DNA of 64,000 nucleotides, from assembly GCA_002811645.1 (NCBI GenBank), contig PDIP01000042.1, positions 34,736 through 98,735 on the forward strand, read 5' to 3'. Shown one piece after another: positions 43,266 to 55,900 of the stretch. The notes below the pieces were generated by a model. The model was not told the origin of the DNA. It saw only the letters and a list, made by a program, of their open reading frames with translations, and searched no databases. Both the position numbers and the translations under genes were made by a program. Position 1 is the first letter of the stretch, and each line of letters opens with the position of its first letter. Source of the stretch: Corallochytrium limacisporum Hawaii (taxonomy: Eukaryota; Protista; Pluriformea).

Positions 43266-46181
43266 ATGGTGACCAATAGTGGCAACGATGTGAGGCCCAA
43301 GCCAGGTCTGCAGAAAAGCAACTTCACAGGCCTGCGGCCAACCAGTATGCACAATAGCCACTGGCCTGATCGGCCGGAGCCCTTGGAAGTGCAGAAGGGC
43401 ACATCTTTCAAACCCTATCAAATTAGTCGCAGTGAGGAGGCCTCACCAGCCTTGATTTCACAGCAAGCAAAGAAGGTGCGCAAGATAGTAGACGAGAATC
43501 TGGACAGCTTTTCTCGCTGGCGAGAAGGCATTCTTGAGAAATTGCCTCCCGCTATGGTGCCACTAAACAGGGATCCCTGGTACGGACGGGAGGAAATGCT
43601 CTACTCTGATGACTCTGGCACTCAGGATGAAACAGCAGAGCAAACTAAGGAAACGAGAAAGCGAAGGGTAAAGCAGGTTACTAGCAAGGCCAACGCAAAT
43701 CAGAAGAAGAATATATACACACAGGGAGCCGAAAGCATCGAGAAAATGCCCATGGCTGACTGGTTTGATCCCATGGCCCTACTCTCTGCAATCTTCAGTG
43801 TCGTGATAAACAACATTATCGGGGATCGTACGGATACCAGACCACTGCACGCCATCATTGATCAGGTAGCCATTGCGGGTGAGAAGTACGTCACGCGCCG
43901 GGTTAGCAAGTCTGCCTTCAGTCGCCGTGGAAGCACCACTACTGGCTATGGTACGGACGTCAGCAATAGTCCCTGGATGACGCCCGCCCAGCTTGCTCGG
44001 AACACCAGCTCCATGGAAGAGGTACCGCCGCTGGACTTGGCACCTTCTGTCCTCGGGGCCAATCGATTCCCGGTGAGCCATACAGGCGCCCGAGCAACAC
44101 CCCCCAATGCCAACGACACACCATCACCTTTGTTGGAGAGTCAGGCTGATTCTGGCTACAACTCTGTGTTGGCCGAGGGCAATCAGCAGCCTCAAGCCAT
44201 CGATGCCCACTTTGCCCAACCCGATGCGACTCCAGTGCTTGAGAGCATTGCAGCTATAAATGGACAGGTTCACCGGCACATGCCACCTCCTGGTCTGGGC
44301 ATGCCAAAACTTCCACTCACTCGCGGATTCAGTGGCTTCCTGAACAGTAGCGAAGATTTCCATTCCTACGTCACAGAGCCTACTGGTGCTCATGCAGACA
44401 CATCGTCTGCGTTCTTTTTTGATATGCTGGCAGACACTGGCGACGGCTGGAACCCGACCTTCAGTGTAGCACGCCTGGCTGCACAGCCCAGCCTCACCTT
44501 CACCGAGAGCAACATGGACGTCCAGGAGGCTCGACGCACTGTGAAGGGCCTCTACAATATCTCCCGAAGGCGTTCATCAAACCAGAATTCTCCTCGTCCT
44601 GTGAAGATGGAGCTACCCCGTGGTCGTCTGCTGCTGCTGGCTGGCGATTTGGTCTACCCAGAGCCAACTCCGAAGGAGTACAATGATCGATTTGTGGAGC
44701 CCTTCCGCCGTGCCTTGTGCAGCCCAGATATTGTTCGTGGCCGTCGCATGCGCCATGAGGAAGAGTTCCTAGAGGATACGATGCAAAAGCATCCTCATAT
44801 GTTTGCCGTGCCTGGCAACCATGACTGGCTCGATGGTCTGGTCAGTTTCCGTCGCCTCTTCTGCAACATGAAGACCTGTGGTGGGTGGCTGCTGCCTCAG
44901 CGTCGGTCCTACTTTGCTATTGAACTCCCTCATCACTGGTGGATCTTTGGATTGGATGATCAGCTTAATATGGACCTGGATGAAGTACAATACCACTACT
45001 TCCGATCCATCCTCGCAGAACACGTCTCTCCGGATGCTGGTATTGTCATCATTACCCATCGTCCCTGGTGGATTCTGGACGGCCACCCCCCTCCTCTGGT
45101 TGCTGACCTTATCAAGAACTTCATGGGCACCCGTCTGCGTCTCATTGCATGTGGTGACATGCACTACTACAGTCGGTACAGTGTTGGTGACGAGCACACA
45201 ACCTCAGCCAAAGCCAGTGGTGCTGATCTCAGCACTCGTTACCCGGAGCTTGTGGTTTGTGGTGGCGGTGGTGCCTTCCTGCATCCCACCACCGGCCTGA
45301 AGCCCACCATCGATCTGCGTATCCGAAGCACAGTGCAAAGCTTCCATCTACAGAGTGTGTGGCCGTCCATGGACACCTGTCGCAACCTCATGCTGGGCAA
45401 TCTCATCTTCCCACTGAAAAACACCCGCTTTGGCTATCTGACAGCCATAGCGTACGCCGCCCTTGTAGCCGGTCTGCCACTGTCCATTTGGGAGGGTGTA
45501 TCCAAACTCAGCATCATCGAACGTGCTGCAGAGATGAGCGTGATTTCTTTGCGATACATTTTGTCTACACCACTGATCACGTTTGTATTCTCTGGGATCT
45601 GTGCGATGCTATACTTATTTACCGCTTCGTCCGGGGTGAAGCGTATGGGATTGACTCTATCGCATTCGGCTGTACACCTAGCTCTGGCGATGACCGCGCA
45701 CTACATCGTAACTTCCCAGCTTAACAATTGGACTCGTGATTGTGGGGATGGCTTACTTCCAACCTGTAACCGTCTCTGGGAGCAGGCAATGTGGGCCAGT
45801 CAGCCATTGTTCATCTTGCCCTCCATGGCCGTCATGGGCTACGTGCTTGGACCCACCATCTTTGGCTGGTACTTAACGGCATCCTCCTACATCTACAATG
45901 AGAACATCAATGATGCCTTCGCAGCTCTCAAGATTGAAGACTACAAATCTATGCTGCGCATGGCCATTGAGCCCACCGGTGACATGACTTTGTACGCCGT
46001 TGGCATTCCCAAGACCCAAAAGAATTGGCCGGATCACATTCCCGTTAAGGTAGATCCACGCACTTCTAAAAGCCGGAATCCTCTGTGGTACGCTGTCCTA
46101 CCAGAGACCGAAATTAAGAATGAAAGCTCGTCCTACGTGTTGCTGGACAAGAAGCGCATTCCTCGCCAACCGAAACATTGA
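43266..46181 (+). CDS. Calcineurin-like metallophosphoesterase with C-terminal transmembrane helices
   Basis: taaccATGg at 43266. FFDMLADTGDG, LAGDLVYP, PGNHDWLDGL, GGWLLPQRRSYFAIELP, THRPWW, GDMHYYSR, CGGGGAFLHPT; 4-5 TMs, then AFAALKIEDYKSMLR. Confidence 0.92.
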   Translation: MVTNSGNDVRPKPGLQKSNFTGLRPTSMHNSHWPDRPEPLEVQKGTSFKPYQISRSEEASPALISQQAKKVRKIVDENLDSFSRWREGILEKLPPAMVPLNRDPWYGREEMLYSDDSGTQDETAEQTKETRKRRVKQVTSKANANQKKNIYTQGAESIEKMPMADWFDPMALLSAIFSVVINNIIGDRTDTRPLHAIIDQVAIAGEKYVTRRVSKSAFSRRGSTTTGYGTDVSNSPWMTPAQLARNTSSMEEVPPLDLAPSVLGANRFPVSHTGARATPPNANDTPSPLLESQADSGYNSVLAEGNQQPQAIDAHFAQPDATPVLESIAAINGQVHRHMPPPGLGMPKLPLTRGFSGFLNSSEDFHSYVTEPTGAHADTSSAFFFDMLADTGDGWNPTFSVARLAAQPSLTFTESNMDVQEARRTVKGLYNISRRRSSNQNSPRPVKMELPRGRLLLLAGDLVYPEPTPKEYNDRFVEPFRRALCSPDIVRGRRMRHEEEFLEDTMQKHPHMFAVPGNHDWLDGLVSFRRLFCNMKTCGGWLLPQRRSYFAIELPHHWWIFGLDDQLNMDLDEVQYHYFRSILAEHVSPDAGIVIITHRPWWILDGHPPPLVADLIKNFMGTRLRLIACGDMHYYSRYSVGDEHTTSAKASGADLSTRYPELVVCGGGGAFLHPTTGLKPTIDLRIRSTVQSFHLQSVWPSMDTCRNLMLGNLIFPLKNTRFGYLTAIAYAALVAGLPLSIWEGVSKLSIIERAAEMSVISLRYILSTPLITFVFSGICAMLYLFTASSGVKRMGLTLSHSAVHLALAMTAHYIVTSQLNNWTRDCGDGLLPTCNRLWEQAMWASQPLFILPSMAVMGYVLGPTIFGWYLTASSYIYNENINDAFAALKIEDYKSMLRMAIEPTGDMTLYAVGIPKTQKNWPDHIPVKVDPRTSKSRNPLWYAVLPETEIKNESSSYVLLDKKRIPRQPKH

Positions 46182-48139
46182 GTAAAGAAACTGTTTCCAT
46201 CATCCTTCACATCGGGACTCCTTTCAGCATTGGTGCCCAAGGACCCCTTCTAAACCACTTTCGTCTATGCACATCTCCGTAATATTACATACCTCCATCT
46301 TACTTCTTTGAATTATCCATATTTTTTGTCCCAGAAGTTTCATCACCCAGTACATACTGGGCGATTACAATTTTGCCACTTCCATAGATGAAGTATGGGA
46401 TAGGCGACCATCCGGGGGGGGCGGGGTACGGGGGGACGGGACGCGACGTCTGATGGCCTTTTCTGTTCTTTGTCCCCGGTTTGTGTACAAGACACCCACT
46501 TACATACATACAGCAACACATACGCGCGCCTTACGAGCGCATTCCGCCCGCTCCCCCTTCCCCCCGAGTCTACCGACCCACTACTACAGTATGATCTCTT
46601 GTGCAACTAGGGTGCGTGCCGAGGAACACTGTATGCTGTGGGTGGAAAGGGTCAATCTCCAACCGCGCTTTCCGTGCTTCCCCTTTCCGTTTTCCGCCCT
46701 CGAGAACTCTGGATTCGCTAGCCCACTAAGTCACGGTGGTTCGTTCGGTGGCACCAAATAGAGACTCACAACCATCCAGCACAGCAACGGTGCCCCGTTT
46801 TCCCCGTTTTCCGGTCGCTGGTTCACTTAGCTGTGACCGAACGCCACCTGGGGCCGCAAGAACTAGGGTCCATGTGTCGGCAATCCCTTTCATAGTCAAT
46901 GTTCTGACTTTGAGTATCGGACGCTGTATGTATAACCCAGTGATGTGTCCCGTCCGCCTCTTCACTTGAATTTCAGGGGTAGGTCTATATTGTCAGCAAC
47001 AGTAACATTTCATATTGACGGTTAACCAATGTTTTCTGCTCTCGTTTGTTATGTTCTTGAACAAAACCCGGGTTCGGGAGAATGGCCCCATGGGCATAGA
47101 AACCTGTGAACCAGCGGCCGCGCCGACGACGAAGGAGTTGTCATCCCACTGCCCACCAGAGCGCGGAAACTCAACCCAATACTGAATGACCGCATGTACC
47201 GCGAGCACCGTACTTGGATAGGACTGTTTTTGTGTACCGAAGGGAGCCAGGGGGAGGGGGCAGCGCGTTGTGTGTTGTATGCGTCCGCATTGTTGGGCAG
47301 CAGCGGGAGCCCGTTCGGATACTGCTACCGGGCGCTGATGCTGGTGGGGCGGCGGCGGCAGCAGCAATGGATCAGAGACCCCGAGTGCAAACGCCCAAAC
47401 GGAAGCGTGAGGCGCGTGTGTACATAAAGAACTGAAGAAACTGGGACGCATCGGTCAAAAACTGGGAACCGGACCGAGTGCACATAGGAAAAAAACGGGG
47501 AGGACCGGGGGTGGGGGGTGTCCCACATTCCCCGAAAACCAGTCATACCGCTCCGAACAGAGCCGCCTCACTCAGGCACACACTCTGTGACTTTTTTGCA
47601 AAGCCAGCAGAGATGTATCCGTCCAAGATTTTGTTCCCTTTGTTTTGCTCTAGCTCACGACCGTTCGGCCCTGGGGGTGCAACAGAACTCCCACTGTGCC
47701 CATGAACATTTTGGGAGCTCCCGATTATTGTTGTTCCGTAGCACCTGCCACTGGTTCTCATTTGTGGTTTCTTTGAAATATTGGACGCCAGTGATTTTCG
47801 CCACGGTGTTTTGGATTTTAGGGACGCAGTGCACATGTGTACGTTCTTCTGACCCCTCGAAGGATAAGCTGCTGTGGAAACAAACGAATCTAGTATGACG
47901 CGTGCAGGGCTTACATTAGAAAGAAACTATTTCAACGAAACATTGGCTGCTATCGGACGGACGTATTGTAAAGCAAACAATACGGACGACACAGGATAGG
48001 GGAAATTATTCAATGAGACAATCTAGTAATTGTAGTCATGAAAATGAGTGCAACCTAGACGATCGTAATTGGTGAAAAATTGCAAACCCTTAGCTACTGA
48101 CAATAGAAAAATAGAGTTACGGCAGAACTCTGAAAAACG

Positions 48140-51100
48140 ATGAGTCCCAACACCAGGAAGCGCGCGGAGGCTGCTGCCGCCGCATCCGACGTTTCCGAAT
48201 CCCGCAACGGTGACACCACCCCTGAAGGTAATCCAAGGAAGCGTACGCGTAAGGAGTCTAGGAATGAGGAGAAGGAAGCCGAGAAAAGGGCCCATGTGGA
48301 GAATGGTACTAGTGAAAACGGGAATACCACAACCAAGGCGCCCGCGGACAAGGGCAACACAAAGACAGCCCCCGCTGCTAAACAAGACACAAAGAAAGAA
48401 GCAGCAAAGTCTACCACCGAAAATTTGGCGGCGTCAGCTAGTAGTGCAAGCAACACAGTACCACCGGGAGATCCAGAGTCCATCTTGAGCCGTACCCTCC
48501 GCCAGACTCGGACAGTCTTAGCTCAAGCGTCTGATCCTGCAGGCGAATTAAGCATGAAAGATGCATTAACATCGTCAATGGAAGCCCTGCAGATGCTAAA
48601 CGACGTGATTCAGATGCAAGATCAACAGACTGCGGAACCTGGTCTGCAGAGCCAGCTCCAGTCTCTCAGAAATGAATTGTTGAGTTTGACAACAGTATTG
48701 GGCGTGCGGGCCAGTCAAGGACTAGGAGGGGCTCAGGGAATTCCTGCGGCAAGGCGAGCAGGGAGCCCTCTACCGGCGCCTTCACGGTTCCAGCGAAATC
48801 AAATGCTAGGGGACGCGGACTCATCCCGCGGCTTGTACTCCACTGGCTCTGTACCTTCGCATCTTTTGACTGCGTCGGCTCCCGGTGGGCCCGTCGGCGG
48901 TGGTTCTTCATCGGCAGGGCCCAACACGCTTGGAAAACCATTGACCCCTGGACAGAGTGCCGACGCTGACAGCAGTTCCATCAACCTGCTCGAGAAACAG
49001 GCCAGCAGAGCTTCCACTCCAGGGCCGGCACCTGGAGGTGACAAGGCTGATGGAGAAAAGGAAGCAGGCGAAGGACAGAAGCATGGTGATTCTGGAACTA
49101 GCGCCGCAGGCACTAGTGGGACCCACCACCACCATTCATCATCTAACACACCCACCATGGCCTGGGGCATGCTCTACAGTCAACTTAGTCATCAGCCGCA
49201 CGTGTCATTGATGGGCAGCACATTTACAATTGGTCGCCATTGGCGCTGTCATCTACAGCTCATGGATCCTGCCATCAGCAGAATGTTTTGCCAGATTGTT
49301 AACAAGAACGGTAGCATCTATGTGGAACACTTGAGCAAGAATGGTAAGCTATATGTGAATGGAACGCCCGTACCCCCAAACTACACACGCAGCTTGAAGA
49401 GTGGTGATGAGATCATGATCAGCGCAAACAACATGTGTCTCTTCATTTTTGAGAAACTGGCGAAACCTGTGTTGATTAAGGATGGTAAGCCACTGATTCC
49501 TTCCTCTGAGGCATCCATGGCCCGGGTGAAGGCCCAGGGTGGAAGTGGTCAGACCAAAGAAATGCTTGAAGGCCTAGAAGAGACGCGTAAAGTGCAGGAG
49601 AAGCGGCAAGAGGCAATGCAGGTCGATGGCAGTGACCGAGGCGGCGACATGAAGCAGACCATCATGTCCCGTCTGCGCAAGACTATCATCTCTCATGAAA
49701 CTATTGACAAGCCGTGGGAAACTTTCCCCTACGAAGTGGCCGATGAAGTTCGAATGCGCCTAATTAATTCTCTGTATGTCTACCTACAACACGGAGAGTG
49801 CCTGAAGTACATTAAGAACATGCCATCGTTCCATCGAGGACTTATGCTCGTCGGACCTCCTGGCAGCGAAAAGTTTCAACTGTCTCTTGTGCAGGCGGCT
49901 GCTAAAGAATTACGTTCATCTCTGATGGTTTTTGACGGTTCCCTGTTGAAGCCAAAGTTGGAGGAAGGCGAAAGTCCCGAGGCTGTGGCGAAGGGGTCAC
50001 AAATCTTCTCTAAAGGCAATACTGGCCTCGATGCCGAGAGTGCCCTGAATGCTCTGGAGGATATGGGCGTTGGACTAGATAGTCCTGAAGCTGCTATTGC
50101 TGAGGAATTGTTTGGTGACGATGTCAGTATTGAGGCCATTGAAGTAACTCTGGAAGGTGCCGATGATGACGATCAGCCTGCCAAGTTTGTGGTCACTGAC
50201 CCCTCCGGTGCACTCCAGGTCAAGGACAAGCGCCCAGACGGCAACGAAGACGGCGAAGACCCGGAGAATAAGGAGGAAGAAGATGACGATGACGAGTTTG
50301 ACCACGACGATGACGACGACGATGATGATGATGACGACGACGAAGGCGACGAAGAAGGTAGCGATGGCACTGGACGGAAGCGCCGTTCCAGCGCAGTGTC
50401 TTCTAATGACGACAACGACGAGGACGCTGTGGCCAAGGCAGAGAAGAAGACTGCGAAGGTCCGCACTCGTCGCGGAAAGAAGGGCAAGGGAGCAAACAAA
50501 CAAAATGCCACGCGCAGTTCTAAGGATTCATTGGGAGACGCCACAACCAAGGGCGAAAAGGGCAGTACTGGGGCAACCAGCACTGTCGGTGGTCGCGCTG
50601 GAGGCTCCCGTGGTACCGGACGCAAGGCTCTAAAGGTTGGCGACGAAGTGCGCTATGTGGGCCAGGGTCTACTGGGACAGGCTGTGGCTGCAGCTGCGGG
50701 CGGAGTCTTTAGTGGACGCAATACTCTTGAAGCCTATCGTGAGTTCCGTCAGTACCGAGCCAACGCCACGCGCAGTGGCAGTGAAAACCCTGGTGGGCGG
50801 TCAAACTATGCCCAAACTAACCCGAAGATCCCGATCCAGCGGCCGCCAATCGGTGCGAAGGGCGTCGTGGTGCGGGCCTTTGGACCCGATCGCAAGGTCG
50901 CCGTGGCCTTCACCAAGCCTTTCCCGGGCGGTCTGAAGCTCGACAACATCGAAGAAGAGTGCGTCTACTTTGCTATGCCCACTGAGCTCAAGCTGGAAAG
51001 TGACTACGTTGGAGGACCTGACGAGGTGGCTCTGGATGCTATCTTTGAAGTTGTTCACGACAAGGCAAACTATCCGCTTATGGTCTTTTTTAGCGATGCG

Positions 51101-52804
51101 GACAAGGCCTTCAACAACTTGCTCAGTGCTCCTGACCAGCTGAAAGAGTTCCAGAAGCGCATGGCCGCCCTCAGTGAAGAGCACCGGGTGGTGTTCATTG
51201 GCTCCAGCATCGGTTCCAAGCCCAAGAATGCCGATTCTGGTACCCGCGCCACCGTGCCCAAGTCCCGTACTATGACCCAACTCCTGCTGCTCGAGAGCGG
51301 GAACACTCTGTTTGGTGGCAAGGGCGTCGACAAGAACGCCGGGTCTCCTAAGAGCAATCTCTCTAAGGTTTTACCAGGACGTCTGCTGATTCATCCGCCT
51401 GAGGACGAGCGGGCCCTGGAGCAGTGGAACAAAAAGATTGAACAGGACATTCAAGATTCCAACCTGGAGACAAACAAGACCCATTTTAAGTCACTCATGT
51501 CTACCAACAATCTGACACTCCCGGATATCGAGTTCCTCAACCGCAGTAAGGTCTTGAGGGAGTCTATCATGCCCGCCAAAACTATTGATCTGATCCTGGG
51601 TTGGGCCATTTGCCGAATTCTGCAGATGCATGGCGCGGAGAAGATTGACTTGGAGAAGAGTGACTTGATTGACTCTGAAGGCCGCTTCCGTCTCAATCGA
51701 CTGTCCGTTGAGCATAGCCTGCGGCTATACCACGCCCTGCGCAAGACGTATGAGAAGTCTAAATTCAGCTTGGAACGCATCAAGACGGATAATGACTACG
51801 AGAAGGCTCTGATCTCAAACGTCATCCCTTGTACCGAAGTCGGAGTGAAGTTTAAGGACATTGGCTCCCTGGGCAAGGTGAAGAACACCTTATACGAGCT
51901 TGTGATTTTACCTCTTCGCCGTCCTGAGCTTTTTAAACGCGGTAACTTGGCCAAGCCGATAAAGGGTATTCTGCTCTTCGGCCCGCCGGGTACTGGTAAG
52001 ACCATGCTGGCGAAGGCCATTGCAGCCCAGAGCGGCGCCAATTTCCTGAACATAACCATTTCATCTATTACGTCCAAGTGGGTAGGTGAGGGTGAGAAGT
52101 ACGCTAAGGCCTGCTTTACAATTGCCCGCAAGATTGCGCCATGCGTGATCTTCATTGACGAAATTGACTCAATGCTTGGCAAGCGTGACAGTGGCCAATT
52201 CGAGCACGAAGCCATGCGCAAGATCAAGAACGAGTTTATGTCCATGTGGGATGGTCTTATGTCACGCAATGATGAGCGAGTGACGGTGCTGGGTGCGACA
52301 AATCGTCCATTCGATTTGGACGACGCAGTGTTACGTCGAATGCCGCGCCGCATCCTCGTGGATCTGCCCTCGATCGAGCAACGGCAGTCCATTTTGAAGG
52401 TTATGCTTAAGGACGAAAACCTGGAGCCGAACTTTGACTACGAGGCGCTGGCTGGTATCCTAGAGGGCTACTCTGGTTCAGACATGAAGAATGTCTGCAC
52501 CGCTGCCGCGTACAGACCGATACGTGAAATAGTCAAGAAGGAACAGGAAGACGGTAAATTGGACCCCAACGATGACTCCTTCCTCGCCCGCCGAAAGTCT
52601 ATCTTCCAAATGGCTGACGAGGAGGAGGACGAGCGGGAAGTTGAGCTCCGTGAGTTGACTCTGGAGGACTTCAAGGAGGCCAAAGTTGAGGTACCACCCT
52701 CAACGAACGAAAATGCCAGCAGCATTGCAGAATTGCGGAAGTGGAACGACATGTACGGTGAGGGCGCGAGTGGCAGCCAGCACACATTGTCCTACTTTAT
52801 GTAA
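48140..52804 (+). CDS. FHA-domain AAA+ ATPase (Msp1/ATAD1 clade; degenerate AAA followed by active AAA)
   Basis: 1554 aa. FHA (FTIGRH...ISRMFC...SKNG..YVNG), degenerate LVGPPGSEKFQ, Walker A GPPGTGKT, Walker B VIFIDEID, SRH GATNRPFDLD, C-terminus WNDMYGEG...LSYFM. Confidence 0.95.
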   Translation: MSPNTRKRAEAAAAASDVSESRNGDTTPEGNPRKRTRKESRNEEKEAEKRAHVENGTSENGNTTTKAPADKGNTKTAPAAKQDTKKEAAKSTTENLAASASSASNTVPPGDPESILSRTLRQTRTVLAQASDPAGELSMKDALTSSMEALQMLNDVIQMQDQQTAEPGLQSQLQSLRNELLSLTTVLGVRASQGLGGAQGIPAARRAGSPLPAPSRFQRNQMLGDADSSRGLYSTGSVPSHLLTASAPGGPVGGGSSSAGPNTLGKPLTPGQSADADSSSINLLEKQASRASTPGPAPGGDKADGEKEAGEGQKHGDSGTSAAGTSGTHHHHSSSNTPTMAWGMLYSQLSHQPHVSLMGSTFTIGRHWRCHLQLMDPAISRMFCQIVNKNGSIYVEHLSKNGKLYVNGTPVPPNYTRSLKSGDEIMISANNMCLFIFEKLAKPVLIKDGKPLIPSSEASMARVKAQGGSGQTKEMLEGLEETRKVQEKRQEAMQVDGSDRGGDMKQTIMSRLRKTIISHETIDKPWETFPYEVADEVRMRLINSLYVYLQHGECLKYIKNMPSFHRGLMLVGPPGSEKFQLSLVQAAAKELRSSLMVFDGSLLKPKLEEGESPEAVAKGSQIFSKGNTGLDAESALNALEDMGVGLDSPEAAIAEELFGDDVSIEAIEVTLEGADDDDQPAKFVVTDPSGALQVKDKRPDGNEDGEDPENKEEEDDDDEFDHDDDDDDDDDDDDEGDEEGSDGTGRKRRSSAVSSNDDNDEDAVAKAEKKTAKVRTRRGKKGKGANKQNATRSSKDSLGDATTKGEKGSTGATSTVGGRAGGSRGTGRKALKVGDEVRYVGQGLLGQAVAAAAGGVFSGRNTLEAYREFRQYRANATRSGSENPGGRSNYAQTNPKIPIQRPPIGAKGVVVRAFGPDRKVAVAFTKPFPGGLKLDNIEEECVYFAMPTELKLESDYVGGPDEVALDAIFEVVHDKANYPLMVFFSDADKAFNNLLSAPDQLKEFQKRMAALSEEHRVVFIGSSIGSKPKNADSGTRATVPKSRTMTQLLLLESGNTLFGGKGVDKNAGSPKSNLSKVLPGRLLIHPPEDERALEQWNKKIEQDIQDSNLETNKTHFKSLMSTNNLTLPDIEFLNRSKVLRESIMPAKTIDLILGWAICRILQMHGAEKIDLEKSDLIDSEGRFRLNRLSVEHSLRLYHALRKTYEKSKFSLERIKTDNDYEKALISNVIPCTEVGVKFKDIGSLGKVKNTLYELVILPLRRPELFKRGNLAKPIKGILLFGPPGTGKTMLAKAIAAQSGANFLNITISSITSKWVGEGEKYAKACFTIARKIAPCVIFIDEIDSMLGKRDSGQFEHEAMRKIKNEFMSMWDGLMSRNDERVTVLGATNRPFDLDDAVLRRMPRRILVDLPSIEQRQSILKVMLKDENLEPNFDYEALAGILEGYSGSDMKNVCTAAAYRPIREIVKKEQEDGKLDPNDDSFLARRKSIFQMADEEEDEREVELRELTLEDFKEAKVEVPPSTNENASSIAELRKWNDMYGEGASGSQHTLSYFM

Positions 52805-52947
52805 TTCCGAAGAATTCAATACCGACGCGCACGACGAACAGCAATCTCACAACAGAACTTTTATAACAATGTTAACAGATATGATAGCAGTTGCTTTGAA
52901 CAATCATTGTCCTTATTGTACTAGTTGAAAACGAATGACCGATCGGT

Positions 52948-55900
52948 TCAATGTAGAGCAATGCGAATCAAACTGCCCGTCTGCAAGTCACTGATGATGC
53001 CCCGGGACGGGCTCGGGTAGTTGACGAGGACGTTCATATGGTTGTCGACGAACGGGTCTCCACGCAGGCTCTGCACATACAGGCACCGGTCCGGCCGGGT
53101 GCTATGGCAGTTCATATCGACTTCGGTGACAAATTTTCCCGTCTGTGCATTGTACACGCGGATGGACGGCTCCTCGCAGCTGCCGCTGACAATGTAGTCG
53201 CCGCGATTCATATAGTAGCTGCGAGTGTAGTTGCGGTCGGACCGCCGTCGGCGCATGCTAAAGTCACAGTGTAACTGTCCGTCCATGGTGTACTGTTTAA
53301 CTTCGTTGTCAATGGCACTCACCAGCAGGTGGCGGTCATCTGGACTGAAACAGACCATGACATTACCTTCTTGGCTCGTGCGACTAAAGATAGGCGGACC
53401 GGGGGCGCGAATGTCCCATAGTTTTGTTTCTTTGTCAAACGAGGAGGTTGCAAAGAGGTACGGGCTCTTGTTCGCAAACTTAATGACATTGATGTGCTTA
53501 CCATGGAGAGCTTTCAGGTCTTTGATCTTTGTGCCACGGTTGAGATCGTACAGTCCAACATCGTTAATGTAGCCACTGGTCAAAAACCAGTCGTCGGTGC
53601 AATTGGCGTGTAGTGACGTGAGCTTGGGAAAGTGAGGGAAGGCCGTGATGGCGGCTTCCTTGCTATGGGCATCCTCATTGATCAGCGTCGAATCGTAGAG
53701 GGCAATCGTTCCGCGGTCGCAACCGGCCAGAAATTTGTATGGATGCTTGTTGAGCCATGACAGACCGAGAATAGATCGAGACGTGTTAGTCTGCAGAATA
53801 CCCGTCAATTGATCGGTGTGATGGTTGTAGAGGGCAATCTTACCGTCTGTGGTGCCTACAATCATGCAGTGCGCGAGGTGTGGGTTGAACTCAAACTGGC
53901 GCGGATTCAGTCGTACGCTCCAGGAGCCGTAGTACGTTACTGCTTGCCGATTGAGTAGACGTCGTGTGACGGTCTTTTGAAACGCGCCGCCGACGCTTGC
54001 AGACGGACTGCGAATAGCCGTCCGGAAGGGCGAGGAAAATTGGTGCATCGGCGTTGCGTGCTTAGGTTTTCGAGTCGGGGTGACAAATGAGGCACCGTGG
54101 AGTCCAGAGGCTCCAGTCGTTTCCTGACCTGTGCTGCGCTTTTGGCGCTTTGCGGCCGGTGAAGGCGTTGTCGCTGTCCTCGGTGAGGATGAGGTGTCCT
54201 CGGTTTGCGTGGTGGCCGCCAGTTCGTCCAAGCTGGCAGTCTGCACACCCATGCTCCTGCGGCTGGTGGTGGCTGTGCCACCGTGTCGGTTCGTGGTCTG
54301 CACTACCGCCGTGGCCAAACGGCTCGGACCCGCCGCACTTTCTGGCCCGCGACTGATAGCGCCCTTCCACCGCATTCCCATCTCTCTAAGCATCGTCAAG
54401 GCAGGAACGCTCTCGGTCGTGACATGGGCCTTGGGATGTCGCTGCTGTTCTGGGGGTGGTGTCACGGCCGTTGCCTTCGAGTACTCCTCGTACCACGCAG
54501 CCAAGAGACTCTTTGCACTGCCGCGCTCATACTCTCTGACTTTGTAGCCGTCGATAATGTCAAGCTGCGGGCACTTGTCGAGGATGAAAGAGCGGTAGCA
54601 GACGTTATGACAGATTGGAGACTGCGCTACGTAGTCAAAGGAGGCATCTACAGCTGGCGCAGCAACGTAGCCGTTTTCCGTGTCTTCCTCTCTAGGCCGA
54701 TGGTGGGAATTCGATGACGACGTTGCTGTACCATCGTTGCCACGAATTCGCTTCCGAGACGGCCCTGCTCCGGAGTTAACTAGGCTGTTGTTTTCTGTTT
54801 CTGTTTCTTCAGTAATCATACGCGCACCGTAGACCTCGTTGCCATCCCCTCGCAGAATCATACCTTCCTCTAGTCGGTGAACATAGTTTAGCCAAGGCAT
54901 GGACAAGCAGCAGTGGTCTCGATCAAGGGTCACAAAGTACGGTTTGGCATCCTCAATGACACGCTGGAACTGAATAAAGGGTCGCTCATCCTGCAAGAGC
55001 ATGTCATCATCAGATACGTCCACATTGGATAAGAATTCGCGACACGAACGACACATTCGCCGACCAGAGATGCGCTGGAATTCGTGCGGCTGTCGGAAAT
55101 AAACACGCTTGAGGGTCGGACAGCGGCGAACGGCCTCAGTCACATCCCAAAGATTGCAAACCTCTGTGCCCACGCAACTGAGAGTCTCAAGGCTCTTTAA
55201 ACCTTGCAAGCTGTGGTCACGCAGTACACATGGGTTATAGTCCAGCAGCAACACTTGGAGCCTGTCGTGATGGAGTTCACTGATAGGTCGAATCCCAGCT
55301 GTATCCTCCGAATCCAAAAACGTCAGAGCATCAATGAGCTCAATGTCATTCCGGCTGACGTCCAGGTAGCGCAAATTAGGTAGCGTCTCCAGTAGGTCAT
55401 CCAGAGTTTTTACGTCCGCATTCATCAATCGCAATGACGTCAGAGTAGAGGCAACTATTGTTAGCTGCTGAAGGGCCACAGTCGTGTTCAAGAGTTCAAT
55501 GTGCTTCACACCTTCGTAAACCGGAATCCGTTGGTTCTGCATTGGTCCGTGCGTCACACCAAGGGCAATTTCACGCCGGGCATGGAGTTCGAATTCGTCG
55601 AGCTCGCCAATATGCTCCGAGTGGGCCGACTGGCGCATTCGCCGGCGCTCAGCCATGTTATCACGCATGCGTCTCCGACGGGTCTGAGCAGTAGTGGTGG
55701 AGTTTTGCATAATGGCCGACGTAGCCTCTTCTGTCGTCGCAGCACTGGAGTTTGCCGGTCCTCGACCTGCGCTTGTGCTCTGCATTTGTTCGCGAGCCAA
55801 TGCCAGAAGCCGTGCAGCCTGGTTTGCCCGCTCTTGTAGGCTCCTGTCAAAGTCGTCGCCAATGTCATCTACTTCTGTTAGGAATGCAACCAGGAAAGGA